A DNA stretch of 64,000 nt from an uncultured bacterium (lineage in GTDB: Bacteria > Muiribacteriota > Ozemobacteria > Ozemobacterales > Ozemobacteraceae), in NCBI GenBank assembly GCA_946407375.1, contig CAMJNS010000003.1, forward strand, positions 15,170-79,169. The letters run 5' to 3'. Of the stretch, positions 18,024 to 27,902 are shown piece by piece; the stretch's first letter is position 1, and every line of letters starts with the position of its first letter. Below the pieces are notes generated by a model. The model did not search any database. It was given only the letters and a program-made list of their open reading frames with translations, and was not told the DNA's origin. The position numbers and the translations under genes were made by a program.

Positions 18024-19715
18024 ATGTCACAACGCTTTTTCCATAAAAAATATGCCTTAATTTCGATAATTGCTTTAACTTCATTAAGTTGCTATGCTCA
18101 AGAAGCAGAAATAACTAGTAGTCCAAAATATTATGATAGAAGTGTAATCAATAGAATTTTAGTTAAAGAACAGTTAGAAAATAATAAATCAACAAAATTA
18201 AATATAACAAATACTCAGGAAGGCCCTATTACTCAGCCTGATGAACCTAGTGGAAAAATCTATAAATCAACATCTTTCGGGGCTTGCGATATTTTTGATA
18301 AAGATGAACAAGCATCTTTTACTATTTCTCTGAAAAATGCTGTTGAAATGTCTTTAAACAATAATATTGCTTTAAATATTGAAAAAATAGATCCTGAAAT
18401 CTATGCAACAAGTGTAGAACAGGCAAAAGCAGAATTTGACACAAATATTTCTGCTTCTATTTCTGCTTCAGATAAAAGAAGTCGTTCAATAAATGCAAAC
18501 GATGTAATCGGGCGAAATTCAAATAATGGAACTACAGCTTCTATAGAAGCTGAGAAGAAATCTACTTCTGGTATAAGAACCAATGTTAGTGCTTCTATTA
18601 ATAGAAGCAGAACAACAAGCCATTCTAGTCTTTATGCAGCTAGATTAGGAATAGATGTTACCGCTCCTTTAATGCGTGGTGCAGGTAAAGAAGTTAATCT
18701 TGTTTCTTTGAGAAAAGCCGAATTAGATTTAGATTGGTCAAAATATGAGCTTTACGGTTATATTCTTGATTTTGTCAGCGAAACTGAAAAAAAATATTGG
18801 CAGTATTATTTAAATGTTGAGCAGCTTGAAATTGTTAAAGAATCTCTACAACTAGCTTTGCAACAACGCGATGAAACACAGAAACGTATTGAGGTTGGCA
18901 AAATTGCAGAATCAGAAATAGCAGCTGCTGATGCTGAAGTTGCACTTTGTCAGGAAGATTTGATTGATGCTGAAAGCCGAGTTGTTAGTTCTGCAATTTC
19001 TTTGCTTCGCAATATAAACCATGATACGGAAAACTTTTGGAGAAAAAGACCAAATGTAATAAGTATGCCAAAACTTAGAGAAATCGACCAATACGATTTC
19101 AACTTGGAAGACTGCATCGCAGACGCTTTGGTTATGAGACCAGAACTTAGGCAAGCAGAGTTAATGCAGCGGAAAAACGAGTTAGAAATTGTATCAACAA
19201 AAAATGGCATGCTTCCAAAATTAGACTTTTTTATTAGTCTTGGAAAAACTGGTTATTCAAAGTCTTTTGATGGTTCAGAACCAAGCTTTAATCATAAAGA
19301 ACCTTTTGATTCTTCTGTTGGACTAACTTATGATTTGAATCGTCATAGAAGAGGCGAAAAGGCCAAGTATGATAGAGCTAAGCTGAACTTGAAGCTTCAA
19401 AAAGAATCTATTAAGAATCTTGAACAGCTTGTAAAAGAAGACGTTATAAAAGCTTATATTGAAATTAAGCGAACAAAAGAACAGCTTGCAGCTACAACAG
19501 CAACTGCTCAGAAACAGGAAGAAAAACTAAGAGTTGAAAATGTAAAATTTGATGTTGGTAAAACTACTGCTTTTCAGGTTGCTCAGGCCCAACGAGATTT
19601 AACTGCTGCTAAAATCGCTCAAGTAAAAGCAATTATAGATTATACTGTTTCTAAGTCAGAACTTCTTCGTTCAACAGGATTACTGCTAAAATTTCGTGGT
19701 ATAGAAGTAAAATAA
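18024..19715 (+). CDS. TolC-family outer-membrane efflux protein
   Basis: 563 aa with signal peptide. Two OEP-type repeats with long helical/coiled segments. C-terminal region FDVGKTTAFQVAQAQRDLTAAKIAQVKAIIDY is typical of the TolC family. Confidence 0.8.
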   Translation: MSQRFFHKKYALISIIALTSLSCYAQEAEITSSPKYYDRSVINRILVKEQLENNKSTKLNITNTQEGPITQPDEPSGKIYKSTSFGACDIFDKDEQASFTISLKNAVEMSLNNNIALNIEKIDPEIYATSVEQAKAEFDTNISASISASDKRSRSINANDVIGRNSNNGTTASIEAEKKSTSGIRTNVSASINRSRTTSHSSLYAARLGIDVTAPLMRGAGKEVNLVSLRKAELDLDWSKYELYGYILDFVSETEKKYWQYYLNVEQLEIVKESLQLALQQRDETQKRIEVGKIAESEIAAADAEVALCQEDLIDAESRVVSSAISLLRNINHDTENFWRKRPNVISMPKLREIDQYDFNLEDCIADALVMRPELRQAELMQRKNELEIVSTKNGMLPKLDFFISLGKTGYSKSFDGSEPSFNHKEPFDSSVGLTYDLNRHRRGEKAKYDRAKLNLKLQKESIKNLEQLVKEDVIKAYIEIKRTKEQLAATTATAQKQEEKLRVENVKFDVGKTTAFQVAQAQRDLTAAKIAQVKAIIDYTVSKSELLRSTGLLLKFRGIEVK

Positions 19716-19742
19716 AAAGGTTTAATATAGTTTAAGAAAACA

Positions 19743-19780
19743 AAAACCGCTTACTAATTGAATTGTTAGTAAGCGGTTTT
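19743..19780. terminator. Bidirectional terminator between the TolC gene and hup
   Basis: Perfect 15-bp stem aaaaccgcttactaa/ttagtaagcggtttt with A/T runs on both sides. Confidence 0.75.
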
Positions 19781-19805
19781 CAACTTTTCGAATTATTAAT
19801 CTAAA

Positions 19806-20090
19806 TTATTTTTTCTTAGAATTAACCATTTCACGAAGTTCTTTGCCTGGAACAAATTTAGCTACATTGCATGCAGGAATCTTGATAGACTTTTTGGTCT
19901 GTGGATTAATGCCAGTTCTAGCTTTTCTAGAACTTACTTTAAAAGAACCAAAACCAACAAGACGAACATCATCTTTGTTCTTAAGAGCAGTCTTAATGAT
20001 AGCGATTGTTGCTTCAAGAGCTTTAGCTGCCTGGGTTTGAGTCATTTCTGCTGTTTTTGCGATTTCGCGAACTAATTCGATTTTTTTCAC
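19806..20090 (-). CDS. hup: HU/IHF-family DNA-binding protein
   Basis: KKIELVREIAKTAEMTQTQAAKALEA...VRLVGFGSFKVSSRKARTGINPQTKKSIKIPACNVAKFVPGKELR is a canonical HU fold signature. Likely GTG start at 20090 with AGGGAG upstream; the ORF track extends to 20129. Confidence 0.85.
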   Translation of the reverse strand: MKKIELVREIAKTAEMTQTQAAKALEATIAIIKTALKNKDDVRLVGFGSFKVSSRKARTGINPQTKKSIKIPACNVAKFVPGKELREMVNSKKK

Positions 20091-20213
20091 TTCTAAAATC
20101 TCCCTTAGATAAATATGTTTAGAACTCAACTCTTGCTATCATAACGATTGTTTCAAGCTTTGTCAATGGGGTTTTATCATTTTTATATTTTTTTTATGTT
20201 AATTTGCTATATT

Positions 20214-21419
20214 TTATCTTTTTTTATGCTGTAGTTCGTGTAATTTGCTTGTTAAAACCCGATTTTCAGCTCTAAGGTCAGATAGTTTTCTTTGTGCATA
20301 GTTTATTTTTAGTTTATTTCCTGTAGAATTATCATTATTAGAACATAAAGAACCTATTTCTAATTCTGTTTGTCTTATTAAACTTTGAACTCTAAGTAAT
20401 CTATTTTTGATATTAGAATACTCTCTTTCAAGGGAAGAATAATCTGTAATACTGCTTGGTGCTTTGCTTCTTTCTCCGAAAGAAACAGCGTGACCTTCTT
20501 GCATCATTTTAGATTTTTCAGGAATACTAAAACCTATTACCGAATCACGTTCTAACTGTTGTTGTCTAAGCATTTCAGCAAATTCAGAACGTTGTCGTGC
20601 AAATATTTTGACTTTACCATTTTCTGAAAAAGTTTCAGGCTCATTTTCTATTATTTTTTCAATCGGTTTAAATTCCATCTCAACTTGATTATCTGGATTA
20701 ATTGCTGGAAGTTGATTTATTACACCAACCACAGGAGATGTTTCTCGTTTCTTTTCTGTTAATTCTTCAACAAGAGATTTATTTCTTAATTTGCCAGGAG
20801 TGAAACCATAGAAACTTCTTTGTTCCCATTCACTTTTCATTGCGGCTTCAATTCCTTGATGCTGGAATTTTTCTGGTTTATCAGCAACTTTTGAGGAATC
20901 CGATAATAAAGTATGCATACCGCTTTGTAAAACTAATTGTTTGTTGCGTTTGTCGTCTGAAGCTCTTACGGCAACAATACCTTGAAATACTCTTACACGA
21001 GTTTTCCCATATTTATCAACATCAACATCAAAAGAAGTCCCTAGAACACTGCAACTTCCTTTTGGTGTTGTAACTTTAAATACATCAGCACTCTTTTTTA
21101 CATTTAGCCATACGTAACCAAATCTTAGATTAATACCATATCTTGCTAGGGCTACCATAGCATTGTTTTTCATTCTCACAGAAGTCCCATCTGGAAATAT
21201 TATTTCGCCTTTTCCATCGCCTTCTACATTAACCAAATCACCAGGATGAAGTTCCATCGGCTGACCGGGTTGTAATGCAAGCCAAGAAGAGCCTTGAGTG
21301 CGAGAAAGAACAGCTCTTCCTGTAAACAAATAAAAATTATACTTGTTATGCTGAGCAAAGCACAATGAAGCCGTAATTATAAATATAGATAAAGTTATAT
21401 ATAGTTTAAATTTATTCAC
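20214..21419 (-). CDS. FecR-domain protein with C-terminal coiled coil
   Basis: Signal/anchor segment, then a FecR-like beta-rich block (GDLVNVEGDGKGEIIFPDGTSVRMKNNAMV...GTSFDVDV...VRVFQGIVAV). Likely GTG start at 21419 with GGGAG upstream. Confidence 0.6.
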   Translation of the reverse strand: MNKFKLYITLSIFIITASLCFAQHNKYNFYLFTGRAVLSRTQGSSWLALQPGQPMELHPGDLVNVEGDGKGEIIFPDGTSVRMKNNAMVALARYGINLRFGYVWLNVKKSADVFKVTTPKGSCSVLGTSFDVDVDKYGKTRVRVFQGIVAVRASDDKRNKQLVLQSGMHTLLSDSSKVADKPEKFQHQGIEAAMKSEWEQRSFYGFTPGKLRNKSLVEELTEKKRETSPVVGVINQLPAINPDNQVEMEFKPIEKIIENEPETFSENGKVKIFARQRSEFAEMLRQQQLERDSVIGFSIPEKSKMMQEGHAVSFGERSKAPSSITDYSSLEREYSNIKNRLLRVQSLIRQTELEIGSLCSNNDNSTGNKLKINYAQRKLSDLRAENRVLTSKLHELQHKKR

Positions 21420-21579
21420 ATAAACTCCCAAAATATGAGGGGTAACCTACAATCTAATTGTTTTTATAATATCATTTATTATAATGATAAGTACAGCAAA
21501 ATTAAAAAATTGTACTATATGGTCTAAAATGATATAATTAATTTCACAATTAAACTCGTAGGAAAAAGTTATAACTCTC

Positions 21580-22977
21580 ATGTTAAATTATTATCAGCTT
21601 TTAGGCGTTCCAAACTTTGCTGCTCAAGACGAAATAGCCACAGCTTATAAAAACAAATATAACGAATTATTCTCTTCTGATTCACCATTGGCAAACATTC
21701 CGAAACTAAAGCAATTAAAACAAGCTTTAGATATTTTATCTGACGAAGATCAGAGAGAAACTTACGACCAGGAACTAGGCGAATTTCTAGAACTAGTAAA
21801 TGAACAGTATGAAGAAGCTGTTTACGATTTAGAAAATAGAGATTTGGATTCTTCTGCTGAAAAATTGACCTGGTGCATGACTCAAAACCCAAACGAACCA
21901 GACTATTACGAAACAATGGGATTAGTTTGTCGGTTACAGGGTGATTTGAAAAATTCCCTTAGATTTTACAAACAAGGGTTAGAAACTGGGCAGAGAAAGG
22001 GCTTCTTCCATCGTTATTTAGGCGATATATATGCATTAATGCACGAAGATGAAAAATCTGAAGAACAGTATATTATTGCTGCAGAAGAATTTAGAAAGCT
22101 TCTTAAAGTTGACCCTAAAAATGTTGAAGCAATGGAACAACTTGGTGATATTTACCGCCATATGAAGTTTTTTGAAGAAGCTTTGGATACTTATCAGCAA
22201 TTACTTAAGCGTTATCCTTATAATGCTGCATTCCATCGTGAAGCAGGAAGTATTATGTCTGAAATGGATATGCTTGGAGAAGCTGAAAGTCATCTAATAG
22301 AAGCACTGAGAATTAAGCCGAGCAATGCTCCATCACTTATGGAACTTGGATTAGTTTACTTCAAAAAACGATTACTCGGTATGGCTGTTCAGACTTTCCA
22401 AGATTGCTTAAAAGCTGATCCAAACCAACCAGAAGTAAGACAATTGATTACGCAGATTGAATCTGTTCGTAAAGAAATAGGTCAAACAGTAGAAGAAATG
22501 ACTTACGATCCTGCTCCTGATGCTTATGTTGAAGGAACTGTAAAGTGGTATAACAAAGAGTCTGGTATGGGAGTTGCTACTTGCGAAAGTTTTCCTGATG
22601 TTCTTTTGCACTATACTGCTATAAAAAATGAAAAGGACATTGATTTAAAAAAGGGCGATGCTATACGATTTGGTGTAGTTAAAGACAAAATGAGTCCAGT
22701 AGCCGTAGAAGTTGAAAAAATTGGCACACCATCTGAATCTGAAGTTCTTCCTGGAAAAATAACTAAATTTGATACAGATAAAAAACTTGGTTTAATAAAA
22801 GGTGCTGATGGAAGCGATGTCTTTTTCCCGTTTTCTGCTTTAACAGAAGAAACTCTTAATTCTCTTGAAGTTGGGCTGGATGTTCTTTATGAAACAAAGA
22901 GCATTGTCGGATTAGATGATAATGCAGCTTCACAAGCAATAAGAGTTAGACTCAGAAAGAAGAAAACAGCTAAGTAA
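21580..22977 (+). CDS. J-like domain / TPR repeats / two cold-shock-like (CSD/OB) domains fusion protein
   Basis: N-terminal NYYQLLGVPNFAAQDEIATAYK...LSDEDQRETYD is J-domain-like but has no HPD tripeptide. The middle carries TPR repeats. C-terminal GTVKWYNKESGMGVA and GKITKFDTDKKLGLIKG are CSD-like. Confidence 0.65.
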   Translation: MLNYYQLLGVPNFAAQDEIATAYKNKYNELFSSDSPLANIPKLKQLKQALDILSDEDQRETYDQELGEFLELVNEQYEEAVYDLENRDLDSSAEKLTWCMTQNPNEPDYYETMGLVCRLQGDLKNSLRFYKQGLETGQRKGFFHRYLGDIYALMHEDEKSEEQYIIAAEEFRKLLKVDPKNVEAMEQLGDIYRHMKFFEEALDTYQQLLKRYPYNAAFHREAGSIMSEMDMLGEAESHLIEALRIKPSNAPSLMELGLVYFKKRLLGMAVQTFQDCLKADPNQPEVRQLITQIESVRKEIGQTVEEMTYDPAPDAYVEGTVKWYNKESGMGVATCESFPDVLLHYTAIKNEKDIDLKKGDAIRFGVVKDKMSPVAVEVEKIGTPSESEVLPGKITKFDTDKKLGLIKGADGSDVFFPFSALTEETLNSLEVGLDVLYETKSIVGLDDNAASQAIRVRLRKKKTAK

Positions 22978-22990
22978 TAGCCCAAATAAT

Positions 22991-23602
22991 ATGAACGAGA
23001 CAGTTGAATACTACGATAAAAACGCAGCTGATTTTTGCGATAAACATGATGCCATAAGATTAGACCCTTTCCACAAAGAAGTTAGAGCAAATCTTCCGGT
23101 TGGGGCAAAACTTTTAGAAATAGGCTGTGGCTCTGGCCGTGATGCTGCTAGAGCTTTGGCTGATGGCTACGATGTTATTGCTTTAGATGGTTCAAAGGGA
23201 TTGTTAGCAGAAATACCTAAACGACATCCAGAGCTTAAAGACAGACTAGTTTTTGGAATTATGCCTTGCAAAATAGAATTTTCAGATGAATACTTTGATG
23301 GATTCTATTCTGTTGCTTGTTTAATGCATCTTTATGAAAAAGATTTATTACCAACAATGTTGGAACTAAACAGAGTTACCAAAAAGGGTGGAAAAGGTTT
23401 AGTATCAATTCCATCTACTAGAAATGATGTCAATGATGACGGTGTAGATGATAAAGGCAGAACAATGAATCTTATGCCGTTAGATGTTTGGGCAAAGCAT
23501 TTTGAAGAAGCTGGTTTTTCTGTAACCCATGGAGAAGAAGAACCCGACAAACTAGATAGACCTGGAGTTTTTTGGGTTACTTTCGTTTTGACTAAAAAGT
23601 AA
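22991..23602 (+). CDS. Class I SAM-dependent methyltransferase
   Basis: Motif I LLEIGCGSGRDA plus the following acidic loop and Rossmann pattern. Confidence 0.8.
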   Translation: MNETVEYYDKNAADFCDKHDAIRLDPFHKEVRANLPVGAKLLEIGCGSGRDAARALADGYDVIALDGSKGLLAEIPKRHPELKDRLVFGIMPCKIEFSDEYFDGFYSVACLMHLYEKDLLPTMLELNRVTKKGGKGLVSIPSTRNDVNDDGVDDKGRTMNLMPLDVWAKHFEEAGFSVTHGEEEPDKLDRPGVFWVTFVLTKK

Positions 23603-23624
23603 AAACTATATTATATAGTAGCTT

Positions 23625-24620
23625 TTAACAACAAAGTTTTAAATAGTTTTGCCACTTTTTATCTGGTAGCTGTTTGATTTTTACCTTGGTTAGCTCAACT
23701 TTATCCGGCGTAATTCCTGTATATAGAATAATACCTCTAATCATTTCTTTACGAAGCATTTCGGCGGTTTCTTCATCATAATCATAGTTTAAATCAGAGA
23801 AGAGTTCATCGACCATTTTCAAGGTTTCATTCAAAAGTTCGTTTTTTATAAAATTGTATTCATCCGATGTGAGTTCTGGCTGTTCTTTACAAACTTCATC
23901 AAAGCTTAACCAAGGCATTTCTGCAAGCAAAGAACGACTTTTCATGCGAATGTCACTACGATGGTCAAAAAGACACATTGCACAAATACCATCTTTTGAG
24001 CGTGTAACGTTGGCTCTGCATATTTTACATAAGGTATAGCCTTTTTCTTCTAATCCTTTAAGTCTAGCACTAAGCTTTTGCTGGCATTGGTCTAATGTTT
24101 TGGCAAGTTCTGGATTATTAACTTTTGGTTTTTCTGTGATTTCTTCTTCTTTCCAGTCTGGCCAAGCGGCTTCTTTTACTAGTTTTACAACAGATGCTGG
24201 TATTTTACCGATTCTTCCTATTATATCTTTTATTTTTAAGTCGGGAAAAAGCTGTCCGAGTTTTTGTATTATTCCTGATTTGAGAAAGAGCAATGTTTGC
24301 ATCCATTGACTATCTGAAACAGTTAAATACAATGTGTTTTTGAATAGTTTTAAAGGGCAGGTTTTAGAAGCAAGCTGAATTCCTACAACATCTCGCCAAG
24401 AATTAATTAAACGACCTAAGGTAACTAATTCTTTTGCTGCAAGATTGTGCTTGTAATCACTCTCAGGAGTTCCTTCATTGTTGAAGCAAGCTTTTCTCAT
24501 GCTGGCAATGGTTTTTACTAGACTGAAAGATATTGGTTTTTTACCAACACCAATACGTTTTTTTGAGTTGTAGGTTCTAGAATAAGTCATTTTTGTTGCT
24601 ATAATAAGGATTTCTTGCAA
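23625..24620 (-). CDS. DUF721 (DciA-like) domain protein with central Zn-ribbon
   Basis: WRDVVGIQLASKTCPLKLFKNTLYLTVSDSQWMQTL is DUF721-like. CKIC...CAMC is a four-Cys ribbon. Start uncertain: TTG at 24620 or ATG at 24590. Confidence 0.45.
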   Translation of the reverse strand: MQEILIIATKMTYSRTYNSKKRIGVGKKPISFSLVKTIASMRKACFNNEGTPESDYKHNLAAKELVTLGRLINSWRDVVGIQLASKTCPLKLFKNTLYLTVSDSQWMQTLLFLKSGIIQKLGQLFPDLKIKDIIGRIGKIPASVVKLVKEAAWPDWKEEEITEKPKVNNPELAKTLDQCQQKLSARLKGLEEKGYTLCKICRANVTRSKDGICAMCLFDHRSDIRMKSRSLLAEMPWLSFDEVCKEQPELTSDEYNFIKNELLNETLKMVDELFSDLNYDYDEETAEMLRKEMIRGIILYTGITPDKVELTKVKIKQLPDKKWQNYLKLCC

Positions 24621-24740
24621 TACCTTTGGCTGTTTTAGACAATATCAATTTTTTTTAAGAAACACAAGTATTTTAGAATTGAAGAGCATGGAAATCTCTG
24701 TCGATTGATGTTTAAAATTTTATTTGATATAATCGTTATT

Positions 24741-27059
24741 ATGAATAAAAAATTAGTAAAATTATTTATATTATTATTAATAGTCTTTAATACAATCATA
24801 TTAAAAGCTCAAGAACAAGAAGGTCCATCAGCTCAGGCTCAAGAAGCTTATAACAAACCTAACTATTTAGAGCCTCAAGAACTTTTTGATCGAGCAAAAC
24901 AATGTTTGGCAGATGGCAAACTTGATGATGCTCGGCTTTATTCTTTAAGACTTTATATTGATGGAAACCGAAATGCAAATCTTTTAAATATGCTTGGTAT
25001 GATAGAAATTCAAGACGGTAAGCCTCTTTTAGGGGCAGAGTGGCTAAGAAAAGCTTGTGCATTGAGTTTGAATAATAAAACTGCACAGCGATACTTGCCG
25101 AGATTGCCGCAAAAACCAAGACCAATACCTGTTGATCCAGCCAAACTTACTGACCATTTTACTGAAATTTCCGAAAGTTTGCCAAAGCTTATTGAAAAGC
25201 TTTCTAATTCTAAATTGCATTTTGAAGCTGTTTTAAAAGCTTTAGAACGAGGACAGATGTATCTCGCTCTTGCTTTATCTGAAGAATATGAAAAGCGATA
25301 TCCTGAAACAGCAGATGGGCATGGTCTTTCTGCTTTATGCGCATGGTATTTGGGAAGAAACGGTGATGCTTTAAAAATTATTGAAGAAAACATAAAAAAA
25401 GAACCTTATAATCCTTTGTTGCTATTTGTAAAGGCGATGATAAATGATTATCATCCAGCAACATTTGGAGGCACTTATTTTAGAGCTCTTTATGATTATG
25501 ACCAATGGGAAAAAGCTTTAAATCTTGTTGAACAATATAATAAACAATTTCCTAATTCTGCAGATGCTTATATTACAGAAGCTCGCATTATGTTGGAACT
25601 TCACAAAACTAAAGAAGCTGGAGAAGCCTTACAAGAAGCTGGTAAACGAGATCCTGGTAATCCTGAAATAGAAATTCTCTGGGTTAACTATATGATTCAG
25701 AGAAATGAAAAGGAAAAAGCAGCTAAAAGGTTAGTAAATGCTTTTAAAAGAGGTTATAACCTTCCCTCTGTAAATTTGACTGCTGCTGTTTTTGCTATAC
25801 AAGAAGGGAGAATGGATGAAGTTAATCTTATTTTAGATGAAGCTACTAGTTGTCTTCCTTTCTCTGACCCAGAAGCATATCCTATTTATGTTTCGTTAAC
25901 TCTTACTATAGATCGTCTTTCTGATGCTAGTAAAGCACTAGCTCTGTGGAAACCAAGATCGGCAGAAAAAAGTATGTTCTGCTATATGGAAGCTTATTAT
26001 TATTTCAAAGCTAACCGCATTAAAGATGCTTTAGAATGGCTTAGAAAAGCTTTTAAATTAAATCCAAATCGTATAGATGTTTTAAGATTCTTTGTTGCTC
26101 TTCCTGTATTAGAACAAGAAGACAAAAATCTTTATGCAAAAATAAATAATAAACTTTCTGAATTGTCTCAGGGATTTATAAGTATGAAAGTTCCCGCAAA
26201 AGTAGTTAAAAAACCAGAAAAAAAGAAAGATGTAGCTCCTGGTATCGCAGCCGAAGGTGCTCCATTTGTTTCTGGTAATTTTAAGATTACTTTGGGAAAA
26301 GGAATTGATGTTAATGGTAGAGATATGTTGCTTAACGAGCTTAATGAAATGTATAGCCGCATAGCATCAAGAATAGGTTCGATTAAAGAACCGGTTAACA
26401 TTAGATTGATTTCTGCTGAAAATATGGGAGCTATGGTTGTTTATTATGACTATAAAAAAGACGTTATAACCGTTACTTCCAATTATTATGATAGTGACAT
26501 GATACGAAATATTATTTGTGCTAATTATGATTCTTTTAGCGAAGAGCAATTAACAGAAATAATAAACGAATATCCCGGTCATCTTTTGGCAACAGCTTTA
26601 GGAAGATATATGATTAATCATATTTGTAAAGACGCTAAAGAAGCTGATTCTAAAATTTATTGGATGGCTGTTGGATTATCCGAAATTTTGGCTGGTAGTA
26701 AAAATACCCTAAGATACAAATTATTATTTGCTCAAAAAAGTATTGAAAATCAAGAAGCTAAAATGTCTTCTCTAGAAAACATAAACAATGTGTTTTTAGA
26801 TACTTACAATACTACACCGGCAATCTTAGAAACTACCAATGCTCAATCATATTTAATGACTTGTTATTTGGTTAAAAAACTGGGATTAGGAAAAGGCTGT
26901 AAGCAAATGATAGAGTTAATTTCTTCAGTAAGTTCTGGTGAGGATTTTGACGCTAGTTTGAAAAAAGCGTTTAAAATTAGTAAAGTTGATTTTGATAAAG
27001 GTTGGAGAGATGCCGCTTATTGGGCAATGAAACAAGGCTCTCCATATGAATGGGAGTAA
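24741..27059 (+). CDS. Secreted TPR-repeat protein
   Basis: Signal peptide from MNKKLVKLFILLLIVFNTIILKAQ (ATG at 24741), followed by multiple TPR-like helical repeats. Confidence 0.65.
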   Translation: MNKKLVKLFILLLIVFNTIILKAQEQEGPSAQAQEAYNKPNYLEPQELFDRAKQCLADGKLDDARLYSLRLYIDGNRNANLLNMLGMIEIQDGKPLLGAEWLRKACALSLNNKTAQRYLPRLPQKPRPIPVDPAKLTDHFTEISESLPKLIEKLSNSKLHFEAVLKALERGQMYLALALSEEYEKRYPETADGHGLSALCAWYLGRNGDALKIIEENIKKEPYNPLLLFVKAMINDYHPATFGGTYFRALYDYDQWEKALNLVEQYNKQFPNSADAYITEARIMLELHKTKEAGEALQEAGKRDPGNPEIEILWVNYMIQRNEKEKAAKRLVNAFKRGYNLPSVNLTAAVFAIQEGRMDEVNLILDEATSCLPFSDPEAYPIYVSLTLTIDRLSDASKALALWKPRSAEKSMFCYMEAYYYFKANRIKDALEWLRKAFKLNPNRIDVLRFFVALPVLEQEDKNLYAKINNKLSELSQGFISMKVPAKVVKKPEKKKDVAPGIAAEGAPFVSGNFKITLGKGIDVNGRDMLLNELNEMYSRIASRIGSIKEPVNIRLISAENMGAMVVYYDYKKDVITVTSNYYDSDMIRNIICANYDSFSEEQLTEIINEYPGHLLATALGRYMINHICKDAKEADSKIYWMAVGLSEILAGSKNTLRYKLLFAQKSIENQEAKMSSLENINNVFLDTYNTTPAILETTNAQSYLMTCYLVKKLGLGKGCKQMIELISSVSSGEDFDASLKKAFKISKVDFDKGWRDAAYWAMKQGSPYEWE

Positions 27060-27064
27060 GTTCA

Positions 27065-27877
27065 ATGTTTGCTTTCTTTGCTTCTTTATCTTTTATGGAA
27101 AGTCTATTTATATTTTGTGGCGTTTTAGGCACTTTGTTCTTTGTTCTAAGACTGATTGTGTTAATAGTTGGTGGGGTTGGTGGAGGAAGTGACGCTATTG
27201 AATCTAATGGCGGCGATTTAGCTTCGGGGTCGTTAATGCAAGACCTTGATGGAAATGGAATTCCAGATGTTTTAGAAACGGATGGTTTATCTGGTACAGA
27301 TATTGATGTTTCAACAGATATAGATGTCTCGACGGATGTTGATGTTTCAACAGATGTTGATGCTTCTTCTGATTTAGATTCTTTTGATGATGCTTCTCCT
27401 GATAGAAAAATGATTCTTGATTCATCAGATAAAATTCATTTAAAATCCGGTAATAAATTTATTGAATTTTCAGTTCAAAATATAAGTGCTTTTCTTATGA
27501 TATTTGGTTGGATTGGTATAACCATGACCAGATACAGCGGAATTAATATAATAATTGCTTTAATTGGTGCTATTATTGCTGGAACTTTTTCTGCTTGGAT
27601 TTTTACTATAGTCAATAGATATCTAATGAAGCTCAATAGTAGTGGAAACAAAGTGATAACTTCTACTGTAGGTAAAAAAGGAACTGTTTATTTGCGAATT
27701 CCTAAAGATGGTTCAGGTCAGATACAAATAAATGTTTCTGGTAGGCTAGAAATATGCGATGCAATATCCGCTGATAAAGCTGAAATTCCTTTTGGTGAGG
27801 AAGTTCAGGTTGTCGGTATTAATAAAGATAAAGCTCTTATAGTTACGACTAAATTTTTAAAGACAGATAATAAATAG
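27065..27877 (+). CDS. NfeD-like membrane protein with acidic tandem repeat
   Basis: TM segments plus C-terminal OB-like GKKGTVYLRIPKDGSGQIQINVSGRLEICDAIS...VQVVGINKDKALIV, as in the NfeD C-terminal domain. GGGAG lies 8 nt before the ATG at 27065; the ORF track starts at 27050. Confidence 0.55.
   Translation: MFAFFASLSFMESLFIFCGVLGTLFFVLRLIVLIVGGVGGGSDAIESNGGDLASGSLMQDLDGNGIPDVLETDGLSGTDIDVSTDIDVSTDVDVSTDVDASSDLDSFDDASPDRKMILDSSDKIHLKSGNKFIEFSVQNISAFLMIFGWIGITMTRYSGINIIIALIGAIIAGTFSAWIFTIVNRYLMKLNSSGNKVITSTVGKKGTVYLRIPKDGSGQIQINVSGRLEICDAISADKAEIPFGEEVQVVGINKDKALIVTTKFLKTDNK
27296..27367 (+). repeat. 4 x 18-bp in-frame tandem repeat (TD[IV]D[VA]S)
   Basis: acagatattgatgtttca / acagatatagatgtctcg / acggatgttgatgtttca / acagatgttgatgcttct. 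Confidence 0.85.
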
Positions 27878-27902
27878 AATTAATATTGTTTGTGGAGAAT
27901 TT

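Noticed and set aside
21578-21916. 112-aa minus-strand ORF overlapping the start of the J-like/TPR gene
   Set aside because: It is antisense to a gene with clear domain signatures and has no motifs or RBS.
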